Below are positions 31,881 to 46,500 of a stretch of 64,000 bases of DNA, piece after piece. Position numbers and translations under genes: made by a program. How positions within the stretch are numbered: the stretch's first letter is position 1; the number at the start of each line of letters is the position of its first letter. The DNA is taken from NCBI RefSeq assembly GCF_009914755.1, contig NC_060926.1. The stretch is one strand, 5' to 3'. The stretch comes from the human T2T-CHM13v2.0 reference genome, Homo sapiens. The notes under the pieces were generated by a model. That model had not been told where the DNA came from. It made no database searches and saw only the letters and a list, made by a program, of their open reading frames with translations.

Positions 31881-33019
31881 TTATTTTAACCTCAGTTGCC
31901 TGGTTAGTGTTGAGAAAGTCTAATGCCAGGAGCTGGCCTCAAAAAATAGATAAAAAGTCTGAATGTGTGTGGTGATAATTTTTAGTCTTTTCTCCTCTCT
32001 GGTGGTTCATCTCTGCTGATTAGTGAGATTCCTAGGGAGAGGGTTTTAATACAATTGCAATTTTCTTTAGAAAAAATTTCCTCAGTCAGATAAGGGAACT
32101 TCAGAGAGAGCCCTTCTCTGCCATTGGAGGTTGCGGAAAAAACAAGAAAAAGTTAAAAAGTCCTTAGTTCTGAGGCAGCTTCTGAGACCTTCCTGTTCCC
32201 TTTATTTCAAAGTGCTCCAAATACCAAAGTGCCATACTTTGGGATATTTTTCACTGAGGTCCAACAAAACCAAAGGTTATGGTTGCTCATTTGAAAATAA
32301 ACATTCAGGTATGGTGAATAGTGAGGTGAAATGTCATGAATAATGTCAAAAGAAGAGCAGATGGTCTTATGGATTATATTCACAGAAGAGCTGTAACATA
32401 ATCTATCTGAGACTTGGGGTAGTCATGGAGGAAAAAAGTTAGATGGGCTTAGAGAGAAAAGGAAGAGGACTATTCTTGCTGAGTGCCTTATGTTTTCTCA
32501 GTTTCATTCAATCACACTGTAACTTTGAGAGGTAAATTTTATACCCACCTTTACATAAAGAAAGTTCTTGGACTTTTAAAAACTTTGACAAGCATTGCTT
32601 AGCTAGAAAGTTCTAGAACCCTCTCTCTCCCATTCCAACCTGAACAGTAAAAACACATTCTTTAACTTTATTCAATAACGAGTCAAGGTAGGTCTCTTGT
32701 CAGGGAGACAAATGAAAGGCTCATATTTTATATGTCTCCAGTGCACTTGGCATAATCAAGAGTGTAGTATAATTAAAATTGTAGACAAAGGAATGAAGAG
32801 GATTAATGTGTTACAAGTTTGTTGACTAGGCTGGAGAAAAGAAAAAGAGACAGCTGACTAGTGTGGAGTGTAATATCACAGAATAATGATATGGTAAACT
32901 GGGCCTTGTAAGGGCAAAGGGAATTGTTTCCTTCCCCTCTGAAGTTTTGAGTTTGCAGGAGGAAATAGACAATAGATTAACTGGAGAAAAGGAATACAAA
33001 TTTTTAACATACAAATATG

Positions 33020-33732
33020 TGTAATTGCCTGATGGGTTTTTCGTGCTCACTGTACAGACAAAACCAATTCACTGAGACCATGACATTGTATTAAAGAGTT
33101 TAATTGATGTGCGGGCAACCCACATGGGGAAACTGGAGTCATCTCTCAAATCTGTTTCCCCAAAGGCTTGGAAGGTTAGGTTTTTGTAGACATTTTGGTG
33201 GGCAGGGGTGAGGGAATGGGTGATGCCGATTGGTTGGAGATGAAATCACAGGGGTGTGGAAAGTGGTTTTCTTCCCCTGAGTCTGCCTCTGTGTGGGGCC
33301 ATAGAATCAGTTGAGTTATGAGTCACAAGTCTTGCTGGCGTCAGTCTGAAAAACATCTTAAAAAAAAAACTTAGAATTTGCAATAGAGATGTTATCTACA
33401 GGAACATTGGGAAGGTCACAAATCTTATGACCTCTGTCCACATTACTCCTGAGCAGTAAAGGATTATAGGAAGTATGTCCACAATTTCAGCAGAGTTCTG
33501 TCCTCTCTCATATTCATAATCTTGTAGCCTTTCATTATTTTTACAAAGGGAGATTAGTCTGGGGAAGGGCTATTATCAGCCTTGTTTTAAGGTTAAACTG
33601 TCAATTAAATTCCTCCCAAATTTAGCTTGGCCTATGCCAGGAATGACTAAGGACAGCTTAGAAGTCAGAAGCAAGATGGAGTCAACTCTATCAGATTTCT
33701 CTTACTGTTATAATTTTGTGAAGATGGTTTCA
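33020..33732 (-). mobile_element. LTR8/LTR8A-like ERV1 solo LTR nested in the second provirus LTR
   Basis: Ends ...agaagcaagatggagtca...ataattttgtgaagatggtttca, the reverse complement of the LTR8 start; 4-bp flanks tatg/tgtg. Confidence 0.8.
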
Positions 33733-34058
33733 TGTGCACTGGAAACATACAAAGGATAAGACTCAAAAGAAAGTGTCAGATAGCTGAGACTCAAATATTC
33801 TCTTTATGGGTTGGGGAGCGGGGTAGGAAAATGGGATATGTAGGCAGTTTTGAGGAGTAATCAGTGATTTTCAGGGAAATTGAATGTGCCCAAATAATAT
33901 ACCATACTCTGAAACAAAGCACCTCTGAGCTCTGGAGTTGTGGCAACAAGTTGTGGGAAGGTAAAGGGTAGAACTTCACTGTGAATAAAGATTGTACTAT
34001 TATTCAAACAAAGTCCCAGTAATCTCTTGGAAATACCCTAAGAAGAACAGATAAAGTC

Positions 34059-34503
34059 CAGGCTCACAGGTATAATCCCAAGCTGTTTGGGAGCCTGAGA
34101 TGGGACGACCCCTTGAGACCAAGAGTTCAAGATCATCCAGGGCAACATAGTGATAATCTGTCTCTACCAAAAACAAACAAACAACTATATATATACACAT
34201 ACATATATATATGTATACATGTATATATATATATATATATGCGTGTGCGTGTGTATATATGTACACACACACTATATGTATATACACATATATATATACA
34301 TATATATATATAGACACACACACATATATATATATATATTAGGTGGGAAGGGTGGTGTGCACCTGTAGTCCCACCTACTCAGGAGGCTAAGATGGGAAGA
34401 CTGCTTCAGTCCATTGCAGTTCCAGGCTGCAGTGAGCTATGACTGTGCCACTGCACTCCAGTTTAGGTGACACGGTGAGACCCTGTCTCACACACACACA
34501 AAA
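34059..34503 (+). mobile_element. AluJ-type element with a microsatellite-expanded linker
   Basis: Left arm about 34059-34170, right arm about 34339-34490. Confidence 0.85.
34186..34339. repeat. Compound (TA)n/(CA)n/(TG)n microsatellite
   Basis: About 150 bp of almost uninterrupted purine-pyrimidine alternation. Confidence 0.95.
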
Positions 34504-34574
34504 AGAATCCATAAAAAGTCTGTCTGGTGTGTCTCACACACACACAAAAAGAATCCATAAAAAGTCTGTCTGGT
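34484..34574 (+). repeat. Perfect 45-bp tandem duplication (period 46)
   Basis: 34484-34528 is identical to 34530-34574. Confidence 0.95.
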
Positions 34575-37152
34575 TATTTAAATAAAACTTCTATGGAGGA
34601 GTTTTAAGACACTTGCATTTCTTCCAAAAGAAGTTTGCCCAGTCAGACAGGGGAGCTTACAGAGACAACCCCTCCCTGAGTTGGGTGGAGTACTCAGAAA
34701 CAAGACATGGTTAGAAAGTCATTGGTTCTGAAGCTGCTACTAAGTCTCTTTCATTTTCTTTAGTTCAAAGCAATAGGCAAGCCAAAGTACCATACTTTGG
34801 GGTATGATTTTCTGAGCCCCAACATTTGCCTCTCTGAAATTTCCTTAGAAGTTTTACACATTAAGAGCTGAGTTGGTGGCTATGGAGAGAAAAATGTTAG
34901 TAATGGAATGGCAAAGAATCTCATTAAACAAGCCTTCCATTTCTGGGACTAGGTTGGTCCAATTAAACAATTGTGTCTTATTTCAGGAAGTGGTGTTTAC
35001 AGAGCTCCCATCACAGTTAAGGTGAACGAGTCTTTAATATGTGGCATTTCTAAATCAGAAGAAAAACAAAGGTTGAAGTCTGCGGCAATCTATACACTAG
35101 TTTCTCTGGATTCTGGAGGGCAGTCAGTTGAGATAATTTCTAGATTTGAGTATGAAGCATCTTCAGTTGGAGCAGAAGCAGTCAGTAGAGATCTGACAGA
35201 TTTTTCTGGATTGTAGTTTGCGTGTTATGAGAGAATGTCTATAAATAAGCTGTTGTGGTGATTTCCCTGAAGGTTATATCAAGCTGACCAGTTTTGTCTT
35301 GTAGGGCTTCAGAAAACTGATAATTTTAATTTTAGTTATCTCAAGTCAGAAAATTGGGAGAAAATTGGAAATGCTGTAATAGTTTGGAGACTCATAACCA
35401 GGTACCGGAGGAGACCACAAGGAATGAATATCCAGTCCAAATTACAAGCAAAGGATAAAATCTCAAACACGATAAGCAGGGTTAGAACCGAAAAATGGGT
35501 ATATTATAGTTTTCTTCTGAAACATGTGTTTTCTCTCTTCAGTCACTCTAATTTTTACCAAAGATAATCACAGGAAGTCCAATTTGTTTGCAAAAATGAG
35601 TTTAACCATCTAGGTTCTTCTTAAGACTGTGTTGCTGAAACTTTGTATGAAGAATCTCAAATTAGGCTTTTAAAAGGCCTCTTACAGGTGTGCAGCCAAG
35701 CCAGAGACACAACCTCAAATTCTGCCCATAATACCTGTAGATTTGGGTTAATCCTGCTCTTCTCAGTAAAGTTCTCAAACTATCTCCAAGTTCTTGGGTT
35801 TGTCAGAGAGTGACATTCTTTACTTACCAGCATGGCAGCCCCGTGAACCGTGTATTCATAGTACTAGACCAGTTTCCAGGGGGCTTTTTATTGGCTTCAT
35901 AAAGTCAAATTCATTTCCTTAAAATGGTCAGATTATATCTGAAAGTTAGACTATTCAGCCAAAGCTTTGGTAATATAACAGTGTTTCCAATTGTGCCTTA
36001 TTAGAAGAAGAATAAATTCGTATTGAACTTAGGTAACTACATTGCCATAAAATGAGAATACTCAGGAATAATTCACAAATTTTGGAGGGATCAATCAGGG
36101 AGAAAAAAGGTAAATGTTTCAATTCTGTTCACAAAAGTACACATTATGAAATTGAAGCAAGCTATAGAAAGTTTAAAAGAAAAACAAAGTCTTGCTAAAT
36201 ACGGAAGACAAAATATAAAAAGAATCAGCAATGTTTCAAACAGAAAGTTGTAAAAAATCATGGTTTTTCATGAGTTCAGTCCCAAATAATTAATTCTTGT
36301 TCTGCTTAATGTTGGGTTGGCAATTGTATCAGTTTAGTATTCTTTTTCATTTGAGTCTTGGAAATTATCAAAGTTTTCAGAAACCTGTACTTGTCAAAGT
36401 TCTTTTTATTTTTCCTATATACTTCCTTGAAGAAACAACACCTTAGGATTATAATTGCCTACAAAAAGCTTTCAGAAAAGGCATCAACATAAAGCAGTTA
36501 GTTGTGGACAACGAGACAAGACTTAAAATGGCAATGGTTAAAGATCTGAGAGAGTTCATTATAATAAAAAAGCAATTGAAAAGAAAATTTGATTATTTCT
36601 GCAGTGTTTATACAATAATTAAATGTAATAACCGAAGGTTATAAATGATAGCATTATCTTAAGACATATCAGAGATCTAGACATTGCATACAATCTTTGG
36701 ACACATATTAATAACATACCCATATGAATGTAACTTAAAGAAAGTTAAATATTATTTCTTATTTGACAATGTTTTCATATAATTTAACATATTGGATAAG
36801 CCTCATTGGTTTAATATCTTTTTAGGGGGAATTTTAGAGACTTTCCTTAATTGTCCAAAAGTTAGTTTGGGGGTCGAAGTACTTTTATTTTGATTCTTAG
36901 GGGGTTTGTCAAATATCAAAGGTTTAAAACATTTGATCAAAATAAAATCACAGGTCACCATAATATGATATTCATGTAGCCAGAGTGACAATAAAAAGAT
37001 TTCAAAAGCAAAAACAGGAAGTTACATAGTTGTAGAGAAACTTTTACTCTTTGGTAAAGAGGAGACTCAGTTTTCCTAAGTAATCAAAAGACCTAACATG
37101 ACAGTATAAGATACAAAGAACGTGTTTCTCTCTCTCCTCTCTCTTTTGAGAG

Positions 37153-38370
37153 TTTTTCTCAGTCCATTTTGTGTTGCTATATCACAAAATATCTAAGGCT
37201 AGATAATTTATAAAGAATAGAGGCTTATTTAACTCGCACTTCTGCAGGCTGGGAAGTTTAGCCCTGGCTTCTGGTGAAAGCTTTCCTGCTGCATCGTAAC
37301 ATGGTAGAGAATGTAAAAGGGAAAGCAGATATGTGCGAAGAGGCCAAACCTGTGAGCAGTCTGGCTTTATACTAACCGGTTCTTGTTGAAACTAATCTAT
37401 CCCCATGAGAACTCATTCAGTTGTACCAGAACAAGAACCCATAAATTATTGACAGAATGGCTCCAAGCCACCACAAGGGCAGAGCCCTCATGGTCCAAGC
37501 ACCACCCATTAGTCCCCACCTCCCAATGCAAACACATTGAAGATCGAATTTCAAAAAGAGTTTTGATTAAGAGAAATAAACCATATGCAGACCATAGCAA
37601 TTTCACCCCTGCCCCCCAAAACTCATGTCCTTCTCAAACAAAAAATGCAATCATATCATCCCAATATTTCCAAAAGTTTTAACTTGGTCCAGCACCAACT
37701 CAAAAGTCCAAAGTCTAAAGTCTCACCTGAGACTGAAGGCAAGTTTCTTCCAGTTGTGAGCCTGTAAAATTTAAAAAAAAAAAGTTATTTATTTCCAAGA
37801 TACACTGCTGGAACAGACATTTGGTAGACATCCTCCTTCCAAAAAAGAGAAATAGGCCAAAAGAGAGGAATGATAGGCCCCATGTAAGTCCAAAACCTAG
37901 GTCAGGTGCAGTGGCTCACCCTTGTAATCCCAACACTGTGGGAGGCCGAGGCAGGAGGATCAGTTCAGGACAGGAATTTAAGACCAGCCTGGGCAACATA
38001 ATTAACATTATTTAAAAGTTAGCTGGATGTGATGATGTGCACTTGTAGTTCCAGCTCCTCAGGAGGCTAAGGCAGGAGGATCTCTTGGGCCCAGAAGTTG
38101 GAGGTTACAGTGAGCCATGATAGCACCACTTCACTGCAGCACGGGTGACAGAGTGAGACCCTGCCTCAAAACAAACAAACAAACAAAAATGTCTAAAATC
38201 CAGCAGAGCAGATGTAAATGGTAAAACACAAGAATAATCTTCTTTGATTTCATGTCTCACATGCTGGGCAAACTGGCATGACTGTTGGGCTCCCAAGCCC
38301 TTGGAAACCCCTGAATCCATGGCTTCTCTGGATGCAACCTACATGGCTACCAGTCTCTGTACTTGGAAGT
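37153..38370 (-). mobile_element. MST-type MaLR LTR (37153-37599) plus truncated MaLR internal sequence
   Basis: ctcagtccattttgtgttgctata...accatagca LTR, then caaaagtccaaagtctaaagtctcacctgagac...gtgagcctgtaaaat, typical of MST/THE1 internal sequence. Confidence 0.8.
37900..38188 (+). mobile_element. AluJ-type element inside the MaLR internal sequence
   Basis: Degenerate dimer with (AAAC)n tail; degenerate TSD aagtccaaaaccta/atgtctaaaatcca. Confidence 0.88.
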
Positions 38371-40109
38371 GGGGAGAAGCAGGAAAATGTTACAAAGTTA
38401 TCAGTTCGGTGACTGCTTGTAAGACCTTTTAATTTTCTTTGCTTAAGTGCTCAGCATGAGAAAGTGCCAGGTTTAGGGTATTAGTTTCTGAGCTCCAGTG
38501 GCATGAACTAGCTTAATACACGTGGGAGAAGAAAGTAGACAATGATTGTGAAAAACATTTCAGTGTTACAGAGTCCTTTGTATGGAAAGCAATCCAGTCC
38601 TTAGACTTTAAGCCATAGAACATTTTGTAGAACGTTCCATGGAGTAGTGTTGGAATGCACTTTTCTTCTAAGGTATTCTAACTATATCAGAATATTCATT
38701 TTTCATCACCTCTGTGATGGGCTAGGCAGTGCTTCCTAGAGCTTCTGAGGCCTAGTTTCCTCTCACTCATATTTTCCTCTATTACTGTGACCCAAATAAA
38801 AACTCAGTGGAAACAAATCCAACATCACAGCAAGCTCATTATCAGTTGTGTGGAGGTGGAGACCTGCTGTCATTAGTATGGGGGAGGAATTACACAGCAA
38901 CTTGGAGAAGCAGTTTAGAATTAAATAGAAATGGAAAGAAGTGCTTATGAAAATCTCAGCTTTCATAAATAAAATAATGTTGTGGGTGGGTTAAAGAGGT
39001 AGATATAACTCTTTCATATGTCTGTCTTTATATTTTCATAGTATCCATTATTTTTCAAAAAAGTTTTAATCTTGGCTGCCAAATTTGCTCATCACAACTA
39101 ATTGGAATAGAGAAGAAGAGAAAATAAGGACAGAGTTGAAGTGACATTGCCACAATGCTGCTAAATCTCTCATGATCTCATTTTCTTCCCATATTCAGCA
39201 AAATTATCCGTTCCTCTATTATTCCCACCCTTCTTTCCCTCCCTCTTGCTTACATTTACCCAAAGCACCAATCAGCTTGAACTAGTTACTAAAACTGAGA
39301 AATAACAAAAAGAAAAATTCCAAGTTGTTTGAACTTGCAGTTTTCTGAAAATTACTTACCATAAGACAAGTTACAAACATGTGAATCTAATGCTGTTTTT
39401 TAATCAACAGTTGGCAAGACCAGTGAGGTGAGATTCTAAAATGTGCTGCAGATATTTTGCTATCATAATAAAGTGTTGAAGTTTGTGAATGGTTTACTTT
39501 AAAAAAATAAACTAAGGTGTACTTAAGATGATCCCAGTGGTATTCCTAAAATACCACACTCACTTGCTTACTTAAATTCCAAGACGTTTTCTGGGCAGCA
39601 GAAAAAAAGCATGATTTGAGAGTGAGCAAAAGGGTAACTGCATAACACTGCAGCACTGGAGAGGTAACTGTCAGTGATGAAATAAGACTAGTATTCGTTC
39701 AAGGTCATTAGCAACATTGAGTTGTGACTGTTATGGCTTACTCTGGTTTATTTTTTATTTTAACTATAGATAGAGATTTAGTCTGAAGAAAAGCAAGATA
39801 GATAAAGTAAAATAGTGCACCTTTTTTCAAATGAGTAAGAACACAATGAACATACCAGTTAGCAACAGCCCAGCACTTAGAACTTCTAAATGAAATGCAA
39901 GAGGGTGATGCAGATGACAATTTTAATAGTGCTATCTAATTCATAACGTGTTAGAATATATAAATTCTATTGATTGCAATTTAAAAAATCAACTACCAAT
40001 GCTTCTTTTTCAATGGCACCTGCTTGCTCTCCTAATTAACATTAGGTAAAATGGAGAGCTAGGGGAAAAGACCAAGACCTGTTTTTAGTAGCTAAAAATA
40101 TGTTTATTA

Positions 40110-40518
<409 letters not shown>

Positions 40519-40526
40519 AAATCCAG

Positions 40527-40607
40527 TACTGTAAGATAATAAATTTGTGTTTTCTGAGCCACTATGTTTATGGTAATTTAGTACAGTGGCAATAGGAAAC
40601 TAATAGA
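40527..40607 (+). mobile_element. MLT1 LTR 3' end fragment
   Basis: ctgtaagataataaatttgtgttt...gccact...tggtaattt...gcaataggaaactaata. Confidence 0.65.
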
Positions 40608-41224
40608 GACACCAAAGCTTGAATGGTTTATTAACTGCCTGGTCCTGAGGCAGCCCCCTCTCATGACGGGGCATCTGGAGAAAGACTAGCTAAGGCGTTC
40701 TCCAGTAGTGTTTACTATTTATCTTCTTTCCTACCTCTTCTTCACTGCAGAGCGTGACAGAGTCTGGGAGACTGAGGGGGCGGGGGCACAAGCCCTCTTT
40801 GTTGAGTGGCTAACAGCTCAGTGCAGACAACAAATTTACCAGGAAACCTCTTTCCCCTCCTCCACCAGGGCAGAAGGACACGTCTGAGAGCACTAGGCGG
40901 GCAGATTGAGCAGAAGAAAGCTGGGAAACTGCTCCACATGGGGTGATTCCCCTGAGGTTTTATTTCCAAAATTAAATTTGTGTTGCTTTCCAGGGTGCGC
41001 TCCTATGATCCTATGATCCCTGTCTATTGACACACGTTTTGTGCTTATGGTTGCCTACCTGACTGATATTTCTATTTAATATGACACTTTAGCAGCTAAT
41101 TCACAACAAGCATTGCAGACATAGCTCTTTGTGGCCGTCAACTTAGATGATTAAAAAGGTGAATATGTAAGTGTGTATGTGTTTACATATACACCCACAC
41201 AAATGTAGACATATACACATGTAG

Positions 41225-41501
<277 letters not shown>

Positions 41502-41559
41502 TGATAATTTTTACCCACAATAGTACTCATACTATCTCCACAATTTTTCAGTGTACAAG

Positions 41560-41905
41560 TCTTATCTTTATTTTGTTAAAACGCATTTTAATTTTTTAAA
41601 TTACCTCTGATAATGTTATAAATTATTTTCTTAATTTTTTCAGGTTGGTCATTGCTAATACATATAAGAAAACAGAATTTTCAAATAGATTTTTACTTAT
41701 TCCTTTTAATTTAGATTAATTTTATTTCATTTCTTGCTTAATTGCTCTGGCTTAAACCTCCAGTATAATGTTGAATAAAAGTGACAACCGAGGGCATCCT
41801 CGTTTTGTTTCTAAACTTAGGGAAAAAACTTTCTGTCTCTCACTATTAAGTATGTTGTTAGTTATGGGCATTTTGTAGATGCTGTTTATCAATTTGAGGA
41901 AGTTG
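41560..41905 (-). mobile_element. Old L1M ORF2 fragment
   Basis: attgctctggcttaaacctccagtataatgttgaataaaagtg...gggcatcct is homologous to L1 ORF2 (compare 51721-51785). Confidence 0.75.
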
Positions 41906-42506
41906 AGAAACTTTTAAAGAAATGTTCTAATAATAAACCTTAGTTTGCTAATTACTAAAACTGTATAATTATTATATTAAATTTAGAAAATGCAGACATG
42001 TAGAAAGAAGAGTATTTTTAACCAACCCTAAATAGACTACCAAAATAAAACCATCAGTAACATCCAATTTGGCACATAACCGAAGGAAGATATCCGAGTT
42101 CATGGTTTATCTACTATTTTTCATTTTGGACATAATATTGTATTTAACATATTTGTATTTGTAATTTTTCCAATATTATATTTTATGTCTCCCCAAATTT
42201 CTAGAAATAGTGTTATAGAATCACAGGATATAAACATTGTGTGTACATGAGTGCATATGTGTGTGTGCATGTGTGTGTCAAGCTGTTTCTTATCTATTAT
42301 CTATGTATAATTCTCTCTATATGTCTATGTATATAAATACATATATAACATTAATATTTATTTTCAAGAATTCTTGTTAAATTGATGCCCTTCCCAGAGG
42401 TGTGTGTTCTTGCCAATTTTTGGCATCTTTAAAAAATGTTTGTGAACTTAACTAGTAGAGATTGTGTAGAAGTGTTGCTTTGATTGGACATGTCTGGCTT
42501 AAAATA

Positions 42507-42839
42507 TAGTCATGTCACTCACAACGGAAATACATTCTGAGAAATGTGTCATTAGGCAATTTCATTGTTGCGTGAACATCATAGAGTGTACTTTCACAAA
42601 ACCTGGATAGCACAGCCTACTACACGCCTAGGCTGTACGATGTAGCCTGTTGTTCCTAGACTATACACCTGTACAGCCTGGTACAGTGCTAAATACTATA
42701 GACAATTGCAACATAATGGTGTTTGCATATCTAAACCTAGGAAAGGTAGAATAAAAAATGTTGTATTATAATTTTATGAGACCACCATCACATATGCCAT
42801 CTGTCTTGGACCAAAACGTCATTATGTAGTGCATGACTG
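42507..42839 (+). mobile_element. Tigger3a (MER7A)-like DNA transposon
   Basis: TIRs (t)agtcatg...catgactg with TA target duplication; ttctgagaaatgtgtcattaggcaatttcattgttg. Confidence 0.88.
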
Positions 42840-43217
42840 TATTAGTTTGAGCTTCTTATTTTCCCGTTTGTGTAAGTTATTTAATTTTCTTCCTTTGTGA
42901 ACTGATGTTCACATCCCTCATGTTTGTTAGTTTTCCAGTGCTTTCTTTTACATTGCTTGAGTCCCGTATATAGTAAAAGCACTAACTCTTTGTCTAACAC
43001 ACCTATAAGAAGACTGATTCTTTCAACATAATAGAAACTATACTTCCAATTCAGTGGCATTTCCTTCAACATAGTCACAGTGGGAAATTACACTTACTTC
43101 AATGATGGTCCCACTTATTAAAACACTGTAAGATATTTTTACTCTGAAATAGTCTTTAGAGCTCTCATGCAAACCATAGGATCAGCTCAGCCCTTTTTTA
43201 AATCATTGGGAGCCTAA

Positions 43218-43594
<377 letters not shown>

Positions 43595-46500
43595 GACTTC
43601 TGGCTATTTCTAAACTCAAATTCTTCTTGAAAGATGAAAATTTGCTGCCAGTAATAGTATGAAAAATATGAGACCTTTGTTCCAAAGTAAATTTGTTAGA
43701 AAGAGAGACTCTTCTAAGCAAGCTTAGTGTTATTAGGAAAATTGGATCTCCTTCCAGCTATGACTGCTTGGAATGCTAAAATATTCATTATATTTTCTGA
43801 TGCATTTAAATACATATGTATATAAATTTAAAGTAATTTGTGTAAATGCAGATGGTTTGTGGCTTGTTTTTTTTTTTTAATCCTTCATTTTCCATGGTCA
43901 GTTCTTACGCCTTCACATTCGTACTATTAATTCTTTACACTTCTTCAATAAATTTACTCAAATATAAATAACTTCAGAAAAATTTAAAATCTACCCCCGC
44001 AAAAGCTTCAATATCTGAAGTTTATGTGGAGAATGACTTGAGGATTTTTTTTTAAGAATAGAAGGTATAAAATATTTTTATTAGGTTATTTTATCTATAA
44101 TTTCTAAATCAAATTAACAGAAATTTATTGGAGATATAGTATATGTAAGGTTATATATTTTGCTAACCAAAAATAAATGATTAAGACTAAAATTCTTGGA
44201 CCCAGAATGTACATATCATGAAGTCTTTGTGCATCCTGAGATAGTAACTCAGTTACCTTATGGCCCTCTCTTTAAAGCCTTTTTTTTCGGCATGTTGCCT
44301 CATATTTAAAAAATACAGGCAAGCCAAGCTTTTGTGTGTTTCCTCAAAGAGGCTCCTGCCCTGCACATCATTAGAAATGTTTCCCTTTAAACTTTCTATT
44401 TTTCCAAAGAACTTCGATTTACACTGGCTTACACTCTTCTGTATCATTCTCTGATATCACCTTATCTGTACACGACAGATAGTGTCTTTGATAGTTACAT
44501 TTCTCTAGAGAAGAGAACAAGTTTTGAACATCAAACCAAGAAACTCATTCTTTTGGGGAACTGGGAGATGGGTTTGCAGAAATGTTGTAGAAAAGAGGCT
44601 TCCAGAAACCAAAGATATTCTTTGCATTCTTTAACACTTTGCAGACCCCTGAGAGTGACCTGATTTCAGGGTTGATTTCCTTCAGGGCAGCCACTTTCTT
44701 TCATGCCAATGCCAGAGTTAAAGTACGGAGAGAAGGCCAGTCTTAGAGCAGTGCTTCTCATTCTGTGACTATACATCCTGGCTCCACTGGCTGTCTATCA
44801 TTTGTTCAGTTCACCTTCTCTGGCAGGAAGACCAGCCAGCCTGGCAGTGTTCTTGTTGGCATAATAGAACTGTCATGGGTTCATCTGTAGCCATGGACAA
44901 GGAGAGCTAATGGAAGCTGGAAAGAGTGGATTCCAGTTGGCATATTGAAGAAGCTTAACTGAATAGTTTTCAAAACAAGAAGTTGTGGAATAAGAGTTAC
45001 AGGGAGATAGTAGCACAAAAGGAACGAGGAAGCAGAAAGACTACAAAGAGAAGCAGAAGGGCAATCATGGAGAATAAGAAAGAAATGTTTCCCTACATCT
45101 ATTGAGTGACCTGGCCAAGTTTAGTTAAAAGACCTGGGGCATTGTATAACAATTGGTAGTGTCGAAGAATATTTTACTTGGGAATAAAAGGAGATCAGCC
45201 GCCACTCATTCACACATTAATCAAATGTCTACCATATTACTTATAACTTAATTTCTGTAATTACATTACTGAAGCAAAAATGCTGAATACACAACACTAA
45301 GAGCTGGTAGTTACATGGAGGAGTAAAAAGGTAAACAATTTAACATATTAACATAAATTATGGAGCTGGAAGAAACACAGAGGAAGGACTTGAACTTAAT
45401 TGGCAGTAGGGGAAGGATTCCAAGAATAGGTGACAGCTGAGCTATAATAGTGGCGTGAAGCTATTTCTTTAGAGAAAATTTCTGGGGAACACGAATGACC
45501 AGTGCACTTTTGCTTTTGGGTACACAAACAGGACAGGCACACAAGATAATTATCTGCTACAATGACCTTGCCTCATTTCATCAAATCCATCTAAAATAAA
45601 CATTATTTGGAAGATTCGTTTTTCTATGACACATTAAGTTGTATACTGGTCATCATGTTGACCAAGTAATTTTGAAGGGAATAAGAAGAAAATTAATATG
45701 AAGTGTTTATTACATGTCCAGTTCCACCTTACCTGTCGGAAGTCTCAATCACACTACCGTTTTATAGGTGAATATTACAACCATTTCACACACATAGAAC
45801 AGAGCCTCAAGTGAGTTAAGTAGTTTATGGAGGGCACATAAAGAAGGTGAGTGTTGGGCCATCCTGTGAAAGACAAAACAGTGCCTGGACGCAGAGAAAT
45901 ACCAAGTCTAGATGAAGAGTTTTCAGAGTCCTCGGTGTCTGAACATCTGCCACTTTCTAGCTGTGCAATTTTCTGGAAGTTACATGACATTTCTCAGCTT
46001 CTGAAGTCTGCTTTGGAAAGAAAAAACATCATCCAAAAGTACTGTAAATACAAAGGACCAGAGAATGTTTTGCCTCATTTTTTTTAGCATCTGTAGTAAA
46101 ACCTGTGGTTTAATAAGCACAATTCTGAATAGAAGTTTAGCTTCCAGGGCCTGAACACAGGCAAAACTGTTCTGCTCATGAGACAGGTAAAAATAATTTG
46201 GTGTTGCTTCAGACTGTGCCTAGAAACAGCAAGATAACTGGAAGCTGAAAATCCATGAATTGACCCCTTCTTACAATCCCATGCATCTGTGGTAAAGTTA
46301 CTGAACTCATAAAATGCTTGGATAAAGATGTTTTGTTTTCACAATGAAGTAGTGATGCTTTGGGCCTCTGTCAAGGTGAAGCAGAACTAGAGAAAGATGC
46401 ACAGGCTCAGATCTCAAAGAGAAAACAATTAGTTCTGGACCCTTGACAGGGCCACAGAACTGGGTGAGCCACATTGAGCGAGGTCTCCAGGGAAAGGAGA

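Larger units (their letters stand above)
32907..38500 (-). mobile_element. Second provirus of the same ERV1 family, internally deleted
   Basis: 3' LTR at 32907-34824 (interrupted); internal 34825-37150 is colinear with about 22982-25250; only about 130 bp of the 5' LTR remains (38371-38500); flanks gcct/gcat. Confidence 0.75.

Noticed and set aside
34000-34368. Tyr/Ile/Val-rich ORFs on both strands
   Set aside because: Translations of the dinucleotide microsatellite.
34484-34574. Direct repeats as a possible CRISPR-like array
   Set aside because: Only two adjacent units, no spacers, no cas genes, and a primate context.
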